DNA of 64,000 nt from Mesotaenium endlicherianum (lineage: Eukaryota). The position numbers and the translations under genes are program-made. Shown piece by piece: positions 35,173 to 49,050 of the stretch. A model generated the notes under the pieces. It worked only from the letters and a program-made list of their open reading frames with translations, was not told the DNA's origin and made no database searches. Each line of letters starts with the position of its first letter. Position 1 is the stretch's first letter. The stretch lies in the NCBI GenBank assembly GCA_009602735.1, contig WELA01002297.1:576805-640804 (forward strand), written 5' to 3'.

Positions 35173-38100
35173 TAAAGCAAGCTTGACGTCTGGCAAAGCA
35201 AAGTTAAAATGTTTTCTATGGAGTACTAAGACCCAATTTCCCAACGACTTCCACTACGCACGTTACGGAAGAGCCGATGTTAGACATTACTGGTCATGAG
35301 GACACACTCACAGTTGAACTTTTTGCTCTTTTGCAAAAGTACAAGACAGTGTTTCCAAGTGAAATACCAGCCGATATTCTGCCTAATAGGGGTATTGGAC
35401 ATACAATCGCTCTCATTCCCGATTCTCGACCGACTTGGCGACCAATTTATCGCCTAAGCCCGTTGGAAATGAATGAAATGAAGGACCAAATTACCGACTT
35501 GCTTGAGAAAGAATGGATTGAGCAGCGCTCTTCTTCATTCGGGGCGCCATCCTATTTGTTCAAAAGAAAGATGGGACGCTTAGAATGTGCATTGATTATC
35601 GTGCGTTGTACAATATAACGGTCAAGAACCGCTATTCGTTGCCTCGCATTAATGATTTGTTTGATTTGCTACAGGGGGCATGCGTGTTCTTCTCGCTTGA
35701 TTTAGCCCAAGGCTATCATCAGATTCGAATCACATTAGAGGATGTGTAGTGATTCGGATTATTATTTATTATTTTGCATATATTTTAATGTTTTCAAATA
35801 TATTTGGAGTAGTATTGTGTGGATTCAAGTGTGAATGGTACTCTAGTAACTTGGTTCATGTCCTTTGAACCTTCCAAGGCATTTTCGAAGTTAGAGGAAA
35901 GACCTAGAAGAAGTCCATGTGGCAAAAGTCAAATGTGCCATTTTTAGGTCAAAAGGACATGTGTACATTATTCTAGAAAGAGGTGGCAAGTTTTGGATGT
36001 GTTGGGTGCCAACACATCAACATACACCTTCCTAGAAATTACTTATGTACCAAGTATATAAACAAGAGCTAGAACATAGAAAGACATTCCAGAATCACTC
36101 TTGTACTTGCCAAATTCCAGGAATATATTAACTTTCAAGAAGCCATCTCTTTTTCAAGAAGCTACCACTTGTGTTCAAAGATCCTTGTCTTGAATAGATA
36201 AAGTATTATATTTCACCAAGTACTTTATCTATCTGTTTCACTACAGGATGTCTCCAAAACAGCGTTTCGTACGCCTATTGGGCACTTCCAGTACAAAGTC
36301 CTAAATTTTGGACTTACCAATGCACCAGCGACATTCCAAAGTACAATGAACGATTTGTTTAGATCTTACTTGGGGAAATTCGTCTACATTTATCTTGACA
36401 ATATCCTCGTCTGTTCAAAGACCAGGGACGAGCATTACAAGCACCTCCAGTTGGTGTTGCAAATCCTTCGTGAGCAACAGCTGTATGCTAAGCTAAAGAA
36501 ATGTTCCTTCCTAAAGGATGAACTTTTGTACCTCGAACATATAGTGGGTTCAAAAGGAGTGCACCTTGACCCAGCCAAGATAGCGTACGTCGCTGACTAG
36601 CTTGTCCCAAAAGATGTACATATTGTACGTTCATTCCTCGGGTTTGCTAACTACTTTTGTAAGTTTATGCAAGGTTATTCAGTGATGGCCGTGCCACTCA
36701 CTGCTCTGACAAGGAAAGATAAGACGTTCATTTGGGATGAGAATATGCAACATGCGTTTGAGCGCGTTAAGTATGCTCTCACTAATGCGCCACTTCTTTC
36801 ATTAGCCGATCCCAACTTGCCTTACGAGGTAGTCGCCGATGCGTCTGGTGTTGGAATAGGGGCTGCTCTGCTGCAGGGAGGCAAGCCTATTAGTTTTAAG
36901 AGTCGAAAGCTGACACCTGCCGAACAAAATTACTCAACGACAGAGCAGGAGCTCTGGGCAGTGATATACGCTTTGAAAACTTGGCGATGTTATTTGGAAG
37001 GTTGCAAGGGTTTGACAGTGGTTACGGACCATTGCCCAACTACCTTTTTTCAAATTCAGCCAACGCTATCGTGGAGACAGACGAGATGGTCTGAGTTCTT
37101 GCAACGATTCCACTTTGAGTGGGCGTATCGCCCAGGCCGCAACAATGTTGCTGATCCTCTAAGACGAATTCCTCATCATCACTTGATGTTGGGGACTGTT
37201 GCGAGCTTGCGAGAACGAAATGGTCAGGTTTCGAGGGCGGCCACCCTTGATTCTGCTGTACCCCCCCAGACGTCTGATCGCAACCAGCCTGGTGATGCGG
37301 GCACACGCGATATGGATAGCATGCATAACTCGGAAGTACTTGACCTGCATCAACTATTTCACGAGGGCTATCTCAAAGATTCGTTTTTCCTAGATCTCCA
37401 GGGTACTGGCTTGAACGGTGTAGCCGCATCGATGGACAGTATGGATAAAAGGAAAAAACACTCAAACTATTCATTTGAGGACGGTTTTGGTGGCACAATG
37501 GGCGCATTGCTGTCCCAGAAGGCCGAGTAAGACATGTGCTACTACGCAAAGCGCATGACTCTCCTTACTGTGGTCACCATGAAATTACCAAAATCACACA
37601 CGCTTTGCGCCGAGGGTACATTTGGTCGTCCCTCAAGCCTGATGTTGCCGAGTACATTGTCAATTGCGCAACATGTCAGAGGAATAAGCCGAGCAATACG
37701 TTGCCAGCTGGGAAGTTGCAACCATTGGAACTTGCATGTGCTCCTTTGAAAAGCATAAGCCTTGACTTTGTCGTGGAATTGTTTACCACCGATAGAGGAC
37801 ACAATGGGGTGTTAACGATCGTGGATCGTTTCACTAAGATGGTGCACTTTGTGGCGACTAAACCATCGCTTGATGCCGTCGAGACCGCGCGTCTCTCGTG
37901 GATCATGTGTTCAAGTTGCATGGCATGCCAAAAGAAATCATAAGTGATCGTGACAATAGATTTACGACCCACTTCAAGCAGGAAGTTTGCTCGCATTTTG
38001 GCACAAAGCTTAAGATGTCCACTAGCTTCCATCCTCAGACCGATGGTCGGACAGAACAACTGAACCGCATTCAGCAGCAGTTCCTTAGGCATTATGTGAA

Positions 38101-38914
38101 TCTTTGCCGAGACAACTGGGACACCCTCCTTTCAGTGGCAGAGTTTGCAGTAAATAATGCTTATCGGCAAAGTGCTAAGGAAACACCGTTTTTTCTTAAC
38201 TATAGGAGACATCCGCACACTCCTCTCACGCGTACGGTACCCGGTGAGGCGGGGATGTCAACCATGAGAGTGCTAAGTGCACGCCTATTTGTCCATTCTC
38301 TTCAAGAGGTGCACAAAATCGCAAAGTTGGCTTTAGTCGCTGCTTGAGATCGTTAGAAAACGTTTGCTGACACGCACGAGACTGAGCTGAGTTTTCAAGT
38401 TGGCAATAAAGTACTTTTGCAAACTAAAAACCTCCAACTCAAGCACCCAGGAAAGCGCAAGCTTCTGCCTTGGTGGGTAGGCCCTTTTATCGTTATCGCA
38501 AAGGTTGGACCTGTTGCATACCGACTGGATTTGCCTAAATCCATGGGGCGAACGCATTCTATGTTCCATGTCAGTTTAATAAAGCTGTTTAGGTCTGATG
38601 GCCGCTATCATCCGCAAGCACCGAAATTTGTACTCGCCAAAGGTGATAAGGCCTCGGATGAAGAGGAGGTCTTAGGACACCGCTACACTCGTCATAAGCC
38701 TCCACGCGTGGAACTTTTGATCAATTGGCTTGATTACGATTCCGGTTGGGACTCGTACGAACCTCAGGACAATATCTTACTTTATTGTCAGGACCTGGTT
38801 CAACAGTATCGGTTACGATTGGCTTTTGCTCAGAAGCTCTGCGCCGAGGCAAGTGTGCTACCAAGCGCTCTTTGTAAGACATGGAACAAACGCAAAAGAG
38901 ACGCGGCCAAATAA
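35173..38914 (+). pseudogene. pol: C1 pol (RT-RH-INT-degenerate chromodomain), fragmented and interrupted by a solo LTR
   Basis: YLDNIL, VADASGVG, TIVDRFTKMVHF and HPQTDG; many stops. Confidence 0.9.
35745..36245 (+). mobile_element. Solo LTR, family D
   Basis: TGTAGTG..CACTACA with perfect TSD GGATG, inserted in the C1 RT. Confidence 0.95.
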
Positions 38915-39054
38915 TTGTTCTTTTTCGTCATTGTGATGATGCATAGTCTAATCGCTCACCAGTGTTTTTCGCTAGTCAAGGCTAGTATTGACACATTCAG
39001 ACTTAAAAGACGTACGCTTACCGCGAACGTTAAGTTCTTTTAAGAGGGGAGGAG

Positions 39055-39976
39055 TGTAACGATTTGAGCTTTTTAGGCGTATTTGGAACGTTTTCCCCGA
39101 TTGCCTAAAATACGTTATGCTATTTATCGTACATTATTTGATAAATGATTGCATCACATTAAATTATTTGCCACACGCGTGTGCCAATTAATTCCCGGTC
39201 GATTGGCGAAACGACCGAGATACTTTTGCAAAAAGCGTCGTAACGTAATTCGACTACTTCGCAAAAGTACAACATAATTAATCATAAAGTTACTTTGATT
39301 AATTATGAGATTATAACTTAATAAATCATTGTTTGATAAAGTTATTTTGATTGTCATTATTCCGGATAATGCGCAATTACAGATTTTGGATTTACGACCA
39401 GTCGTTAACACGAACAAAGAGTCATAAAAGTCAAACAACACATAATATGCAAAGCGACTTTGCATTCGAGCGGAATCGAACCCGCAATTTGGCATTTGAA
39501 ACGTTCACACCTAACCGATTGGCGAAGTAGTTTTTATAACTATGGGTTCATGATGAAAAGCATGTGTACGCAACTTCGCAAACTGGAGCAACTTTTCGAA
39601 AAGTCGCGAGAACGCGTAAACGCCCGTTTGGCGCGAAACGGTTTTCCGGACATCGTCGAAACGTCTCCAAACGGCCAAACAGCGCGTTTTGAGCATTCAA
39701 CCGAAATGGGTCGTACCTCTTCGCCTGTTTTTGTTGACATGAACCAGTGCCCTAGGTGGTGACTCGAAGCACTCCAGTGCCTCACGTTGTGGAGGTATAA
39801 ATACCTGCAGGGTCATTGTGAGTGCAACTCTCACAAGCACACATTCTACGTTAGTTTTCAATTTCGCTTTTCCGAGGATTTGTCAATTTTCACAAGTATA
39901 TAGATTTTCTTTCCACTTCATTTAAATACTCCTTGAATACCAAGGAAAGATCCTCTCAAAAAGAAGAAACGTTACA
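39055..39976 (+). repeat. 3' LTR of C1
   Basis: Homologous to 19377-20297. Confidence 0.92.
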
Positions 39977-39981
39977 TGCTT

Positions 39982-40850
39982 AGGGCTGGCTGGCTTGCTG
40001 AAGTGCTGCAACTGGTCGCCCCCCTGTTGTGTTTCTGCTTGCCCGGGGCGGGTTGGGTGCTGTTGTGCCGCAACTGGCCGCCCCCGTGTTGTGTTTCTGC
40101 TTGCTCGGGGCGGGCTAGCTGCTGCAGTGCTGCAGCGGGCTGACCCAGTGTCCCTGTTTGTCTGCTTGCTCGGGGCTGGCTGGCTTGCTGCAGTTTTGCA
40201 GCTGGCCGCCCCCGTGTTGTGTTTCTGCTTGCCCGGGACGGTTTGGTTGCTGTGTGCTGCAGTGGCCCCTATTTGTTTGCTTTTTTTTTTTCTTTTTTTT
40301 TTTGTTTGTTTGCCTGCCCCCGTACTGCACTTTTTGTGCTTGTTCTTCTTGAGGCGGGCTGGCTGCTGCATTGCTGCAGCTACCCAACCTTGTTTTTCTT
40401 TTTTACAAATCCCGACTGGCTATTTGCTATTTTTTTGTTGCTGTATTACTTGGACGGGCTGGTTGCTGCAGTGCTGCAGCTAGGCGTCCCCGTTCTATTG
40501 CGTTTGTGCTTTAGTCGGGGCGGGGTGCTTGCTGCAGTGCTGCAACTGGCTGCCTTCGTGTCCCTGTTTGTTTACTTGCTCGGGGCTGGCTGGCTGCTGC
40601 AGTGCCGCAGCTGGCCACCCCCGTGTAGTGTTTCTGCTTGCCCGGGGCAGGCTGGCTGCTGCTGTGCTGCAGCTGCCCGCCCCCGTCTGACTTTTTGTTT
40701 GTTGCAACCCTTGTATTCCTATTTTGTTGCTTTCCTGGGGCTGGCTGGCTAGCTGCAGTGCTGCAGCTGCCAGCCCCCGTATCGATGTTTTTTTGCTTAC
40801 CCGGGGCGGGTTGGCTGGTACAGTGCTGCAGTTGCCTACCCCTATGTTGC
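39982..40850. repeat. Imperfect tandem array (about 55-60-bp units) upstream of the hAT transposase
   Basis: Recurrent GGGGCTGGCTGGCT-GCTGCAGTGCTGCAGCTGGC-CCCCGTG units. The array begins left of the C1 insertion, near 19330. Confidence 0.8.
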
Positions 40851-41046
40851 TGTTTTTTTTGCTTGCTCTGCTGCTGCTCTTCCTATGCTTGCCTCTCTTG
40901 CTGTCCTATTGTTGCTCTCTTTGTGCTTGCCCTTGCTGCTGCTCCTATAATGTTGTCTTGACTACTGCCCAGTTGTTGCTCTCTTTACTGCTTATTTTTT
41001 TACTGCTTCATTTATTTCCGTTGTTATTGCAGGTTTCACGCGCATC

Positions 41047-41701
41047 ATGTCTCAAGCATCCACTTTGTGTGGAGCAACGCTTGCTGGAATAAGAGGGGCT
41101 ATTGGAGCTTTAATCGCTTATCTGCCCCCTAGAGCAGGTGCTGCAAGATCTGGTCCAAAGTGGGCCCATGTATCCATCGTTGCGGAAGCCAAGACGAAGA
41201 ATGCACATTCAAAGGTCAAGTGCAACTATTGCTTCGACGAGTTTGTCGCTGGAGTAACCAGGATTCGTGGCCATCTCACGAGAGGACTTACGGATGTTGG
41301 TCAGTGTGAGGAGGTTCCTGATGAGGTTCTAGATGTCATAATTCCTTGTTTTAATGGTTCGTCTAGTGGTGTCTTGGGAAAGCGACGTAGTACAAGTGCC
41401 ATGCAAGCTGCACGAAAGCACGTGTTTGAATGGGGTTCTGGTGCTAGTGGCTCCCCCTCCTTAAGCTGGGAGACTGGACATACCTTCCTTCGTGACATGT
41501 ACCAAAACATGAATGCTGATGCTGTCCATGAGATTGTTGCTCGCTTCTTCTATGGTACTGGTTCATCACTAAATGTTGCTCGCAGCGAGTTCTTTAGAGA
41601 GATGTTGGTTGCAGTTAGTAAATACACCCAGGAAACAGGTGTACTGTATGTCCTAATGAAGGATAAGCCGCTCAGAAGTACCCTACTAAATAGAGAGGTG
41701 T
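41047..41701 (+). pseudogene. hAT transposase N-terminal part with BED zinc finger, cut by D2
   Basis: KWAHV..VKCNYC..GVTRIRGHL..C. Removing D2 and one TSD restores the frame LLNREVLKIEAW into the DGW catalytic motif. Confidence 0.88.
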
Positions 41702-42959
41702 TGTAGTGAAACAGATAAATAAAGTACTTAACAAAGTAAAATACTTTCTTTATTCACGACTAGGATCTTTAAACACAAGTGATAGCTTCTTAAAATAGAG
41801 ATGGTTCCTACAAAATTGATATATTTCTCAAACTTAGCAAGTACAAGAGTGATTCCCGAATGCCTTTCTACGCTCTAGCTATTGTTTATATACTTGCTAC
41901 GTAAGTAATTTCTAGAAAGGTGCATGTTGATGTGTTGGCACCCAACACATCCCAAAACTTGCCACCTCTTTCTAGAATGATGTACACATGTCCTTTTGAC
42001 CAAAAAGTGGCATATTTGACTTTTGCCACATGGAGTTCTTCTAGGTCCTTCCTCTAACTTCAAAAATGCCTTAGAAGGTTCAAAGGACATGAACCAAGTC
42101 ACTAGAGCATCTATTTACACTTGACTCCACACAACACTACTCCAAATATAGTCGAAAGTATTAAAATATATGCAAACTAATATATCATAAGTCAAACCAG
42201 TACGTCACCCTCTCGACTGAAAAAACGACGTCTCGGCGCGTCAAGTCAGGTTTTACACATGTGAAGCAAACCAGTCAACAGCTTCAAGTCATATGCCACA
42301 CATGTGAAGGGGATCAATTAAAGGCGCCAAGTCAGGTGCTACACATGTAAGGTAGACTAGGCAAGGTCGTGGGTGGTATGACCTTTTTGGCTAGCCTACT
42401 CCTTGATGATAAAGAAAATTGTACAAGTTGGCCCAGAATTTGCCACGAATTCAAAAATGTATAGCGTCCACAAAATTGCTTTAAATCTAAAAAATTTAGT
42501 GCCAGACAAAGCGTGTTGGAGAAGTCTTGCGGGTCGTCAAATTTGAGAGCATTCCAACTTTTGGAGTGTTGTTGAGAGCTGAGAGAGTAGATACTCCTCC
42601 AAATCTGTGCAAGGACTTTTGAAAATCATAAGTCCTTCTATACTTCTCCAAACTCTGCAAAGTTAGTCTTCAAATGGGCGCAATAAAGGCTTCTATCATA
42701 ATCTTGATTTTTGGAGCATTCCAAGTTCAGGGAAGGGCACAATGTCTGAAGGCATATTTGCCCAAATAATGTCAGCAGCCTGACCCCCTTCTACTCAGAG
42801 CATCATATCTCTCTTACCAGTGCTTCAAATTGAGATTCTAAATAATTGGCTACTCATGGACTACAGCCAGGTAAAATTTCAGCATTTAATGTGTAGAAAC
42901 TTGTAAGCAGTAGCAAATTTAGTTTCCTGTGCAAAAATTGCGAGAAGAGAAGAGTGTCT

Positions 42960-43862
42960 AATGCCAATTTCTTCTCTTTGTGGTTCTTGCAGGTTGCCTC
43001 CAAGGGGTCTTCTGCTGCTTCTAGATGATGGCAGGCTATCTCCCCCAAGTCTTTGAACTTCTAGTAGAGAGACTTGGGGCTGGTCCTAGATAGGGGTTGG
43101 CGGCATGAAAGCGTCTCAGCTTTCTCTATCCTTTGTCAAGGTAGTGCGCCGCAACCCAACTATTCTCTGACTCTGGATATCCTGTCCACTTAATGAGATA
43201 TTGCTGTTGCCTCCTGAAATTCTCATAGCCAATATGTCTTCGACTTCATACTCCAAATGATCATCCACTATTGTTGGGGATGGTGGGGTTGTCACACGTC
43301 CTAGGAACTTGTTGTCCGGTTGTACACATCGCTTGAAGAGCGAAGCATGGAACACGTGGTCGATGTGCAGAGTCTGGGGAAGCTCTAGCTTGAAAGCAAC
43401 TGGGTTAACTTGCTGGATTATCTTTAAGGGTCCAAAATACTTGGGAGAGAACTTGCTGCCGGTAGGCCTGTTGTACAAAGAAATGTTCTTGGATGATAGT
43501 AACACTGCGTCGCCCACTTTGTACGTAATTTCTACTCAAGTCCTGTTTGCCATTTTTGCTTGAGCATCTTGCGCGTGTTGTAGAGCTTTTGTGGCTGCTG
43601 CAAGGTCTTCTTCTAATATCTCCAAAAAATATGCCGCTGCAGGTACTTCATTGTGGCCAGCCGTGAAGCTCACTGGCGTGGTCGGATGGAAGCTATAGTT
43701 GAGGAAGAAAGGGGACTCTTGGGTAGAGGCCCGCGTCGTGTTGTTGTAGGCGAACTCCAAGGGGGTCAAGTACATGTCCCAGTCTTGCTCCAGAGTAGAC
43801 ACGTAGGCCTTTAGAGAGTTCTTGAGAGTACGATTCATACGCTCTGTTTGTCCATCCAATTG
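42960..43862 (-). pseudogene. pol: D2 integrase C-terminus and chromodomain
   Basis: GQTERMN, EFAYNN and YEVEDIL; homologous to D1, with frameshifts. Confidence 0.88.
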
Positions 43863-44921
43863 TGTGACGTTTCTGCTTTTCGAGAGGATCTTTCCTCGGT
43901 ATTCAAGGAATATTTAATTCAAGTGGGAGGAAAATCTGTGTACTTGTGAAAATTGACCAATACTCGAAAGAGCGAAAGTGAAAACTAACGTAGAATGTGT
44001 GCTTGTCACAGTATTTATACCTGCACAACATGAGGCACTGGAGTGCTTCAAGTCACCACCTAGGGCACTGGTTCATGTTCAACGAAAACGGTCGAAGGGA
44101 CGTGTCCCACTCGATCGAATGATCGAAACGCGCAGTTGGCCGTTTGGAGACTTTTTGACGGTTTCCGAAAAACCGTTTTGCGCCAAACGGGCGTTTTCGC
44201 GTTCTCGCGACTTTCTGAAACAGTCGCAATTGATCGCTGAGTCGCGTATACATGCTTTTGTCATGAACCGGTAGTTTAAAAAGCTACTTTGGCCAATCGG
44301 TTAGATGTGCACAGTTCAAACGAAAGTCGCGAGTTCGAATCCGCTCGGATGCAAAGCGACTTTGCATATTTCGTTTCGTTTGACTTTACGACTGTTTGTT
44401 CGTATTAATGATACGACAGTTTCTTCGTATTGCGACTAGTCGTAATCCGAAATCCGTGATTGTCCATTATTCGTAATAATGACAATCAAAATAACTCAAT
44501 CAAGCAATGATTAATTAAATTATCATCTCATAATTATTCAAAGTAACTTTATGAATAATTATGTCGTACTTTTGCAAAGTAGTCGAATTACGCTACGACG
44601 CTTTTTGCAATAGTATCTCGGTCGTTTCGCCCATCAACCGGGAATTAATCGGCACACGTGTGTGGCGAATAATTCAATGTGATGCAATCATTTATCAAAT
44701 AACTTATGATATATAATATAACGTATTTTAGGTAATTGGGAAAACGTCCCAAATACGCCTAAAAAGCTCAAATCGTTACACTCCTCCCCCCTTAAAAGAA
44801 CTTAACGTCCTCGTTAAGCGTACGTCTTTTAAGTCGTGGATGTGTCGATACTAGCCTTGACTAGCGGAAAACACTGGTGAGCGATTGGACTATGCATCAT
44901 CACAGTGACGGAAAGCAGCGA

Positions 44922-47900
44922 TTACTTGGCCGCGTCTCTTTTGCGTTTGTTCCATGGCTTACGAAGAGCGCTTGGTAGCACACTTGCCTCGGCGCAGAGC
45001 TTTTGAGCATCAGCCCATCCTAACCAATATTGTTGGACCAGGTCCTTATAATTAAGTAGGATTTCGTCCTGAGATTCGTACGAGTTCCAACTGGAATCGT
45101 AATCTAGCCACGTTATTGAAAGCTCCACGCGTGGAGGTTTATGACGAGTGCAGCGGTGTCCTAAGGCCTCCTCTACATCCCAGGCCTTATCATCATCGGC
45201 GAGTTCCAATTCCGGTGCTTGTGGCTGATAGCGGCCATCGGACCTAAACAGCTTCGGTAAACTGACATGGAACACAGGATGTGTTCGCCCCATGGATTTA
45301 GGCAGATCCAGTCGGTATGCATCAGGTCCAACCTTTGCGATAACGATAAAAGGGCCTACCCAGCGAGGCAGAAGCCTTGCGTTTTCCTGGGTGCTTGAGT
45401 TGGAGGTTTTTAGTTTGCAAAAATACTTCATTGCCAACTTGAAAACTTAACTCAGTCCTGTGCGTGTCAGCAAACTTTTTCTGCCGATTTCGAGCAGCGG
45501 CTAAAGCCAGCTTCGCGGTTTTGTGCACCTCTTGAAGAGAATGGACAAATAGGCGTGCACTTGGTACTCTCATGGTTGACAGCCCCGCCTCAGCGTAAAC
45601 GACGCGCGTGAGAGGAGTGTGCGGATGTCGCCCATAGTTAAGGAAAAATGGANGAAAATGGAGTTTCCTTGACACTTTCCTGATAAGCATTATTAACTGC
45701 AAACTCTGCGACTGAAAGGAGGGTATCCCAGTCGTCTTGGCGAGGATTCACATAATGCCTAAGGAACTGTTGCAGAACGCGGTTCATTCGTTCTGTCTGA
45801 CTATCGGTCCGAGGATGGAAGCTAGTTGACATCTTAAGGTCCGTGCCGAAATGCGAACAAACTTCCTGCCAGAAGTGGCTCGTAAATCTACTGTCACGAT
45901 CACTTATGATTTCTTTCGGCATGCCATGCAACTTAAACACGTGATCTACGAAGAGACGTGCGGTCTCGACGGCATCCAGTGCTGGGGTAGTGGCCACAAA
46001 GTGTACCATCTTAGTGAAACGATCCACGATCGTTAGCACCCCATTGTGTCCTCGATCGGTGGTAGGCAATTCAACGACAAAGTCGAGGCTTATGCTTTCC
46101 CAAGGAGCACATGCAAGTTCCAATGGTTGCAACTTCCCAGCGGGCAACGTATTGCTCGGCTTATTCCTCTGACATGTTGCGCAGTTGATGATGTACTCGG
46201 CAACATCAACCTTAAGGGACGGCCAAATGTACCCTCGGCGCAAAGAGTGTGTGGTTTTGGTAATTCCATGATGACCTGAGTAAGGAGAGTCATGCGCTTC
46301 TCGTAGTAGCACATGTCTTACTCGGCCTTCTGGGACAGCAATGCGCCCATTGTGCCACCAAAAACCGTCCTCAAACGAATAATTCGAGTGTTCTTTCCTT
46401 TTATCCATATTGTCCATCGTTACGGCTACACCGTTCAAGCCAATACCCTGGAGATCTAGGAAAAACGGATCTTTGAGATAGCCCTCGCGAAATAATTGAT
46501 GCACGTCAAGTATTTCCGAGTTTTGCATGCTATCCAAATTGGGTGTGCCCGCGCCACCAGGCTGGTTGCGGTCAGACGTCTGGGGGGGTACAGCAGATCA
46601 AGGGTGGCCGCCCTCGAAACTTGACCATTTTGTTCTCGCAAGCTCGCAACAGTCCCCAACATCAAGTGGTGGTGAGGAATTCGACTTAGAGGATCAGCAA
46701 CATTGTTGCGGCCTGGGCGATACGCCCACTCAAAGTGGAACCGTTGCAAGAACTCAGACCATCTCGTCTGTCTCCTCGATAGCGTTGGCAGAATTTGAAA
46801 GAAAGTATTTGGGCAGTGGTCCGTAACCACTGTCAAACCTTTGCAGCCTTCCAAATAACATCGCCAAGTTTTCAAAGCGTATATGACTGCCCAGAGCTCC
46901 TGCTCTGTTGTTGAGTAATTTTGTTCGGCAGGTGTCAGCTTTCGATTCTCAAAACTGATAGGCTGGCCTGCCTGCAGCAGTACAGCCCCTATTCCAACAC
47001 CAGACGCATCGGCGACGACCTCGTAAGGCAAATCGGGATTGGCTAATGAAAGAAGTAGCGCATTTGTGAGTGCATACTTAATGCGCTCAAACGCATGTTG
47101 CGTATTCTCATCCCAAATGAACGTCTTATCTTTCCTTGTCAGAGCAGTGAGTGGCGCGGCCATCACTGAATAACCTTGCATAAACTTACAAAAGTAGTTA
47201 GCAAACCCGAGGAATGAACGTATAGTATGTATATCGGTTGGGACAGGCCAGTCAGCGACACACGCTATCTTGGCTGGGTCAGGGCGCACCCCTTTCGAAC
47301 CAACTATATGTCCCAGGTACAACAGTTACATTCTTTAGGAAGGAACATTTCTTGAGCTTAGCGTACAGCTGCTGCTCACGAAGGATTTGCAACACCAACT
47401 CGAGGTGCTTGTAATGTGCGTCCCTGTTCTTTGAGTAGACGAGGATATCGTCGAGGTAAACCTGGACGAATTTCCCCAAGTAAGGTCTAAACAATTCGTT
47501 CATGGTACTTTGGAATGTCGCTGGTGCATTGGTAAGTCCAAAACTTAGGACTTTGTATTGGAAATGCCCAACAGGCGTGCGAAACGCTGTTTTGGGGACA
47601 TCCTTTGGTATGATTCGAATCTGATGATAGCCTTGGGCTAAATTAAGCGAGGAGAACACGCATGCCCCCTGCAGCGAATCAAACAAATCATCAATGCAAG
47701 GCAACGAATAGCGATTCTTGACCGCTATGGTGTTCAGCGCACGATAATCAATGCACATTCTAAGCGTCCCATCTTTCTTTTGGACAAAGAGGATGGGGGC
47801 CCCGAATGGAGAAGAGCTCGGCTTAATCCAGCCTTTCTCCAGCAAGTCGCTAATTTGATCTTTCATCTCGGTCATTTCCAACGGGCTTAGGCAATAAATC

Positions 47901-49050
47901 GATCGCCAAGTCGGTTGAGAATCGGGAACGAGAGGGATGGTATGTCCAATACCCCTATCAGGCGGAAGCCCGGCTGGTATTTCAGTTGGAAACACTGACT
48001 TATACTTTTGCAAAAGAGCAAAAAGGTCGGCTGTGAGTGTTTCTTCATGACCAATAATGTCCAACATCGGTTCTTGCGTAAAGAGCGTAGTTGAATTTGC
48101 TGGGGAATCGGGTCTCAGTAATCCAAAGAAAACATTTTGACCGTGCTTTGCCAAACGTCGCGCTTGCTTTATGGACAATAGAAGAGTCTTCGAAGGACTT
48201 TCCAAGGCCATATCGGGCTTAAGGGACTGAAGAGAAATCTTCCTGGTCCCCTTGCGTACAATGCATGTCTTTTGACTGAAGTCAAGCAATGCACTTGTTT
48301 GCGTAAGCCAATCATTACCCAAAACTGCGTCGATTCCGTGCGGCAATTCAGTTACGTAGAATTGTACACGCCCATGGAAGGACGGCGCGCTGAGCGGTAA
48401 TTTAAGCATTCCAGTAATGCAAGCTAACGAGCCATCGCCAAGGCGAAGAGTCTCGTCCTTGAGTAATGGAAACAACTTCATCCCTTGTGCAAAACGTGCA
48501 CTAATGAAGCTTATTGACGCGCCTGAATCAATGACTGTAAAGCATGATTTACCTGAAACTTTCGTTTCAAATGTCATACTTAATCCCAAAGAAGCATTAT
48601 GCATCACCAGCAACGTCCTCGCCTTCAGAGGAATGTGGGAAATATGGAGGTCCTTTACCATAATCCCGGTTTGCATTGCTGTCCTTGCGCGAAACCGAGT
48701 AATCGGGTCAAAGTACGCGAATATGTGTGAATGCAGCAATATATATTGGTGCAAGACACTTGTGCATTTTCCGTAAGCGAGATAAGCGTTCGTAACACTT
48801 GGCAAGGTTAGGATCATGCGGCTGAAAGTGCAAGAACATGGTATCATGGATGCACTCGAGTTCCAAGAACTCAGCAAAGCTCAACACAGGCATACAAATA
48901 TATTCTTTTCGAAGTATATTTATATCGGGTATGCCTGAGTGAACAAGGATTCTTGGGGCTTGCGCGCAAACTCCTAGAATTTCCTGCTCACTAAGTCGTG
49001 TTGTCAAAAGCTCAGAAGGAGGCTTTGCGACTAGCTCCTGAGCTACTCTT
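44922..49050 (-). pseudogene. pol: C2 pol (PR-RT-RH-INT-chromodomain-like) in several frames
   Basis: [21 protein letters not shown], integrase ISDRDSRF..TERMN and C-terminal WDVEEALGH..WLDYDSSWNSYE. Confidence 0.9.

Larger units (their letters stand above)
19377..39976 (+). mobile_element. Ty3/Gypsy chromovirus C1 (decayed), containing A2/D1 and a solo D LTR
   Basis: LTRs at 19377-20297 and 39055-39976 (TGTAACG..CGTTACA). Perfect TSD TGCTT. PBS TGGTATCAAAG at 20299 and PPT AAGAGGGGAGGAG at 39042-39054. Confidence 0.93.

Noticed and set aside
39982..40850. Array resembling a CRISPR, and Cys/Leu-rich ORFs resembling membrane proteins
   Set aside because: The units are degenerate and lack unique spacers, there are no cas genes and the context is eukaryotic. 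The ORFs are translations of the repeat.
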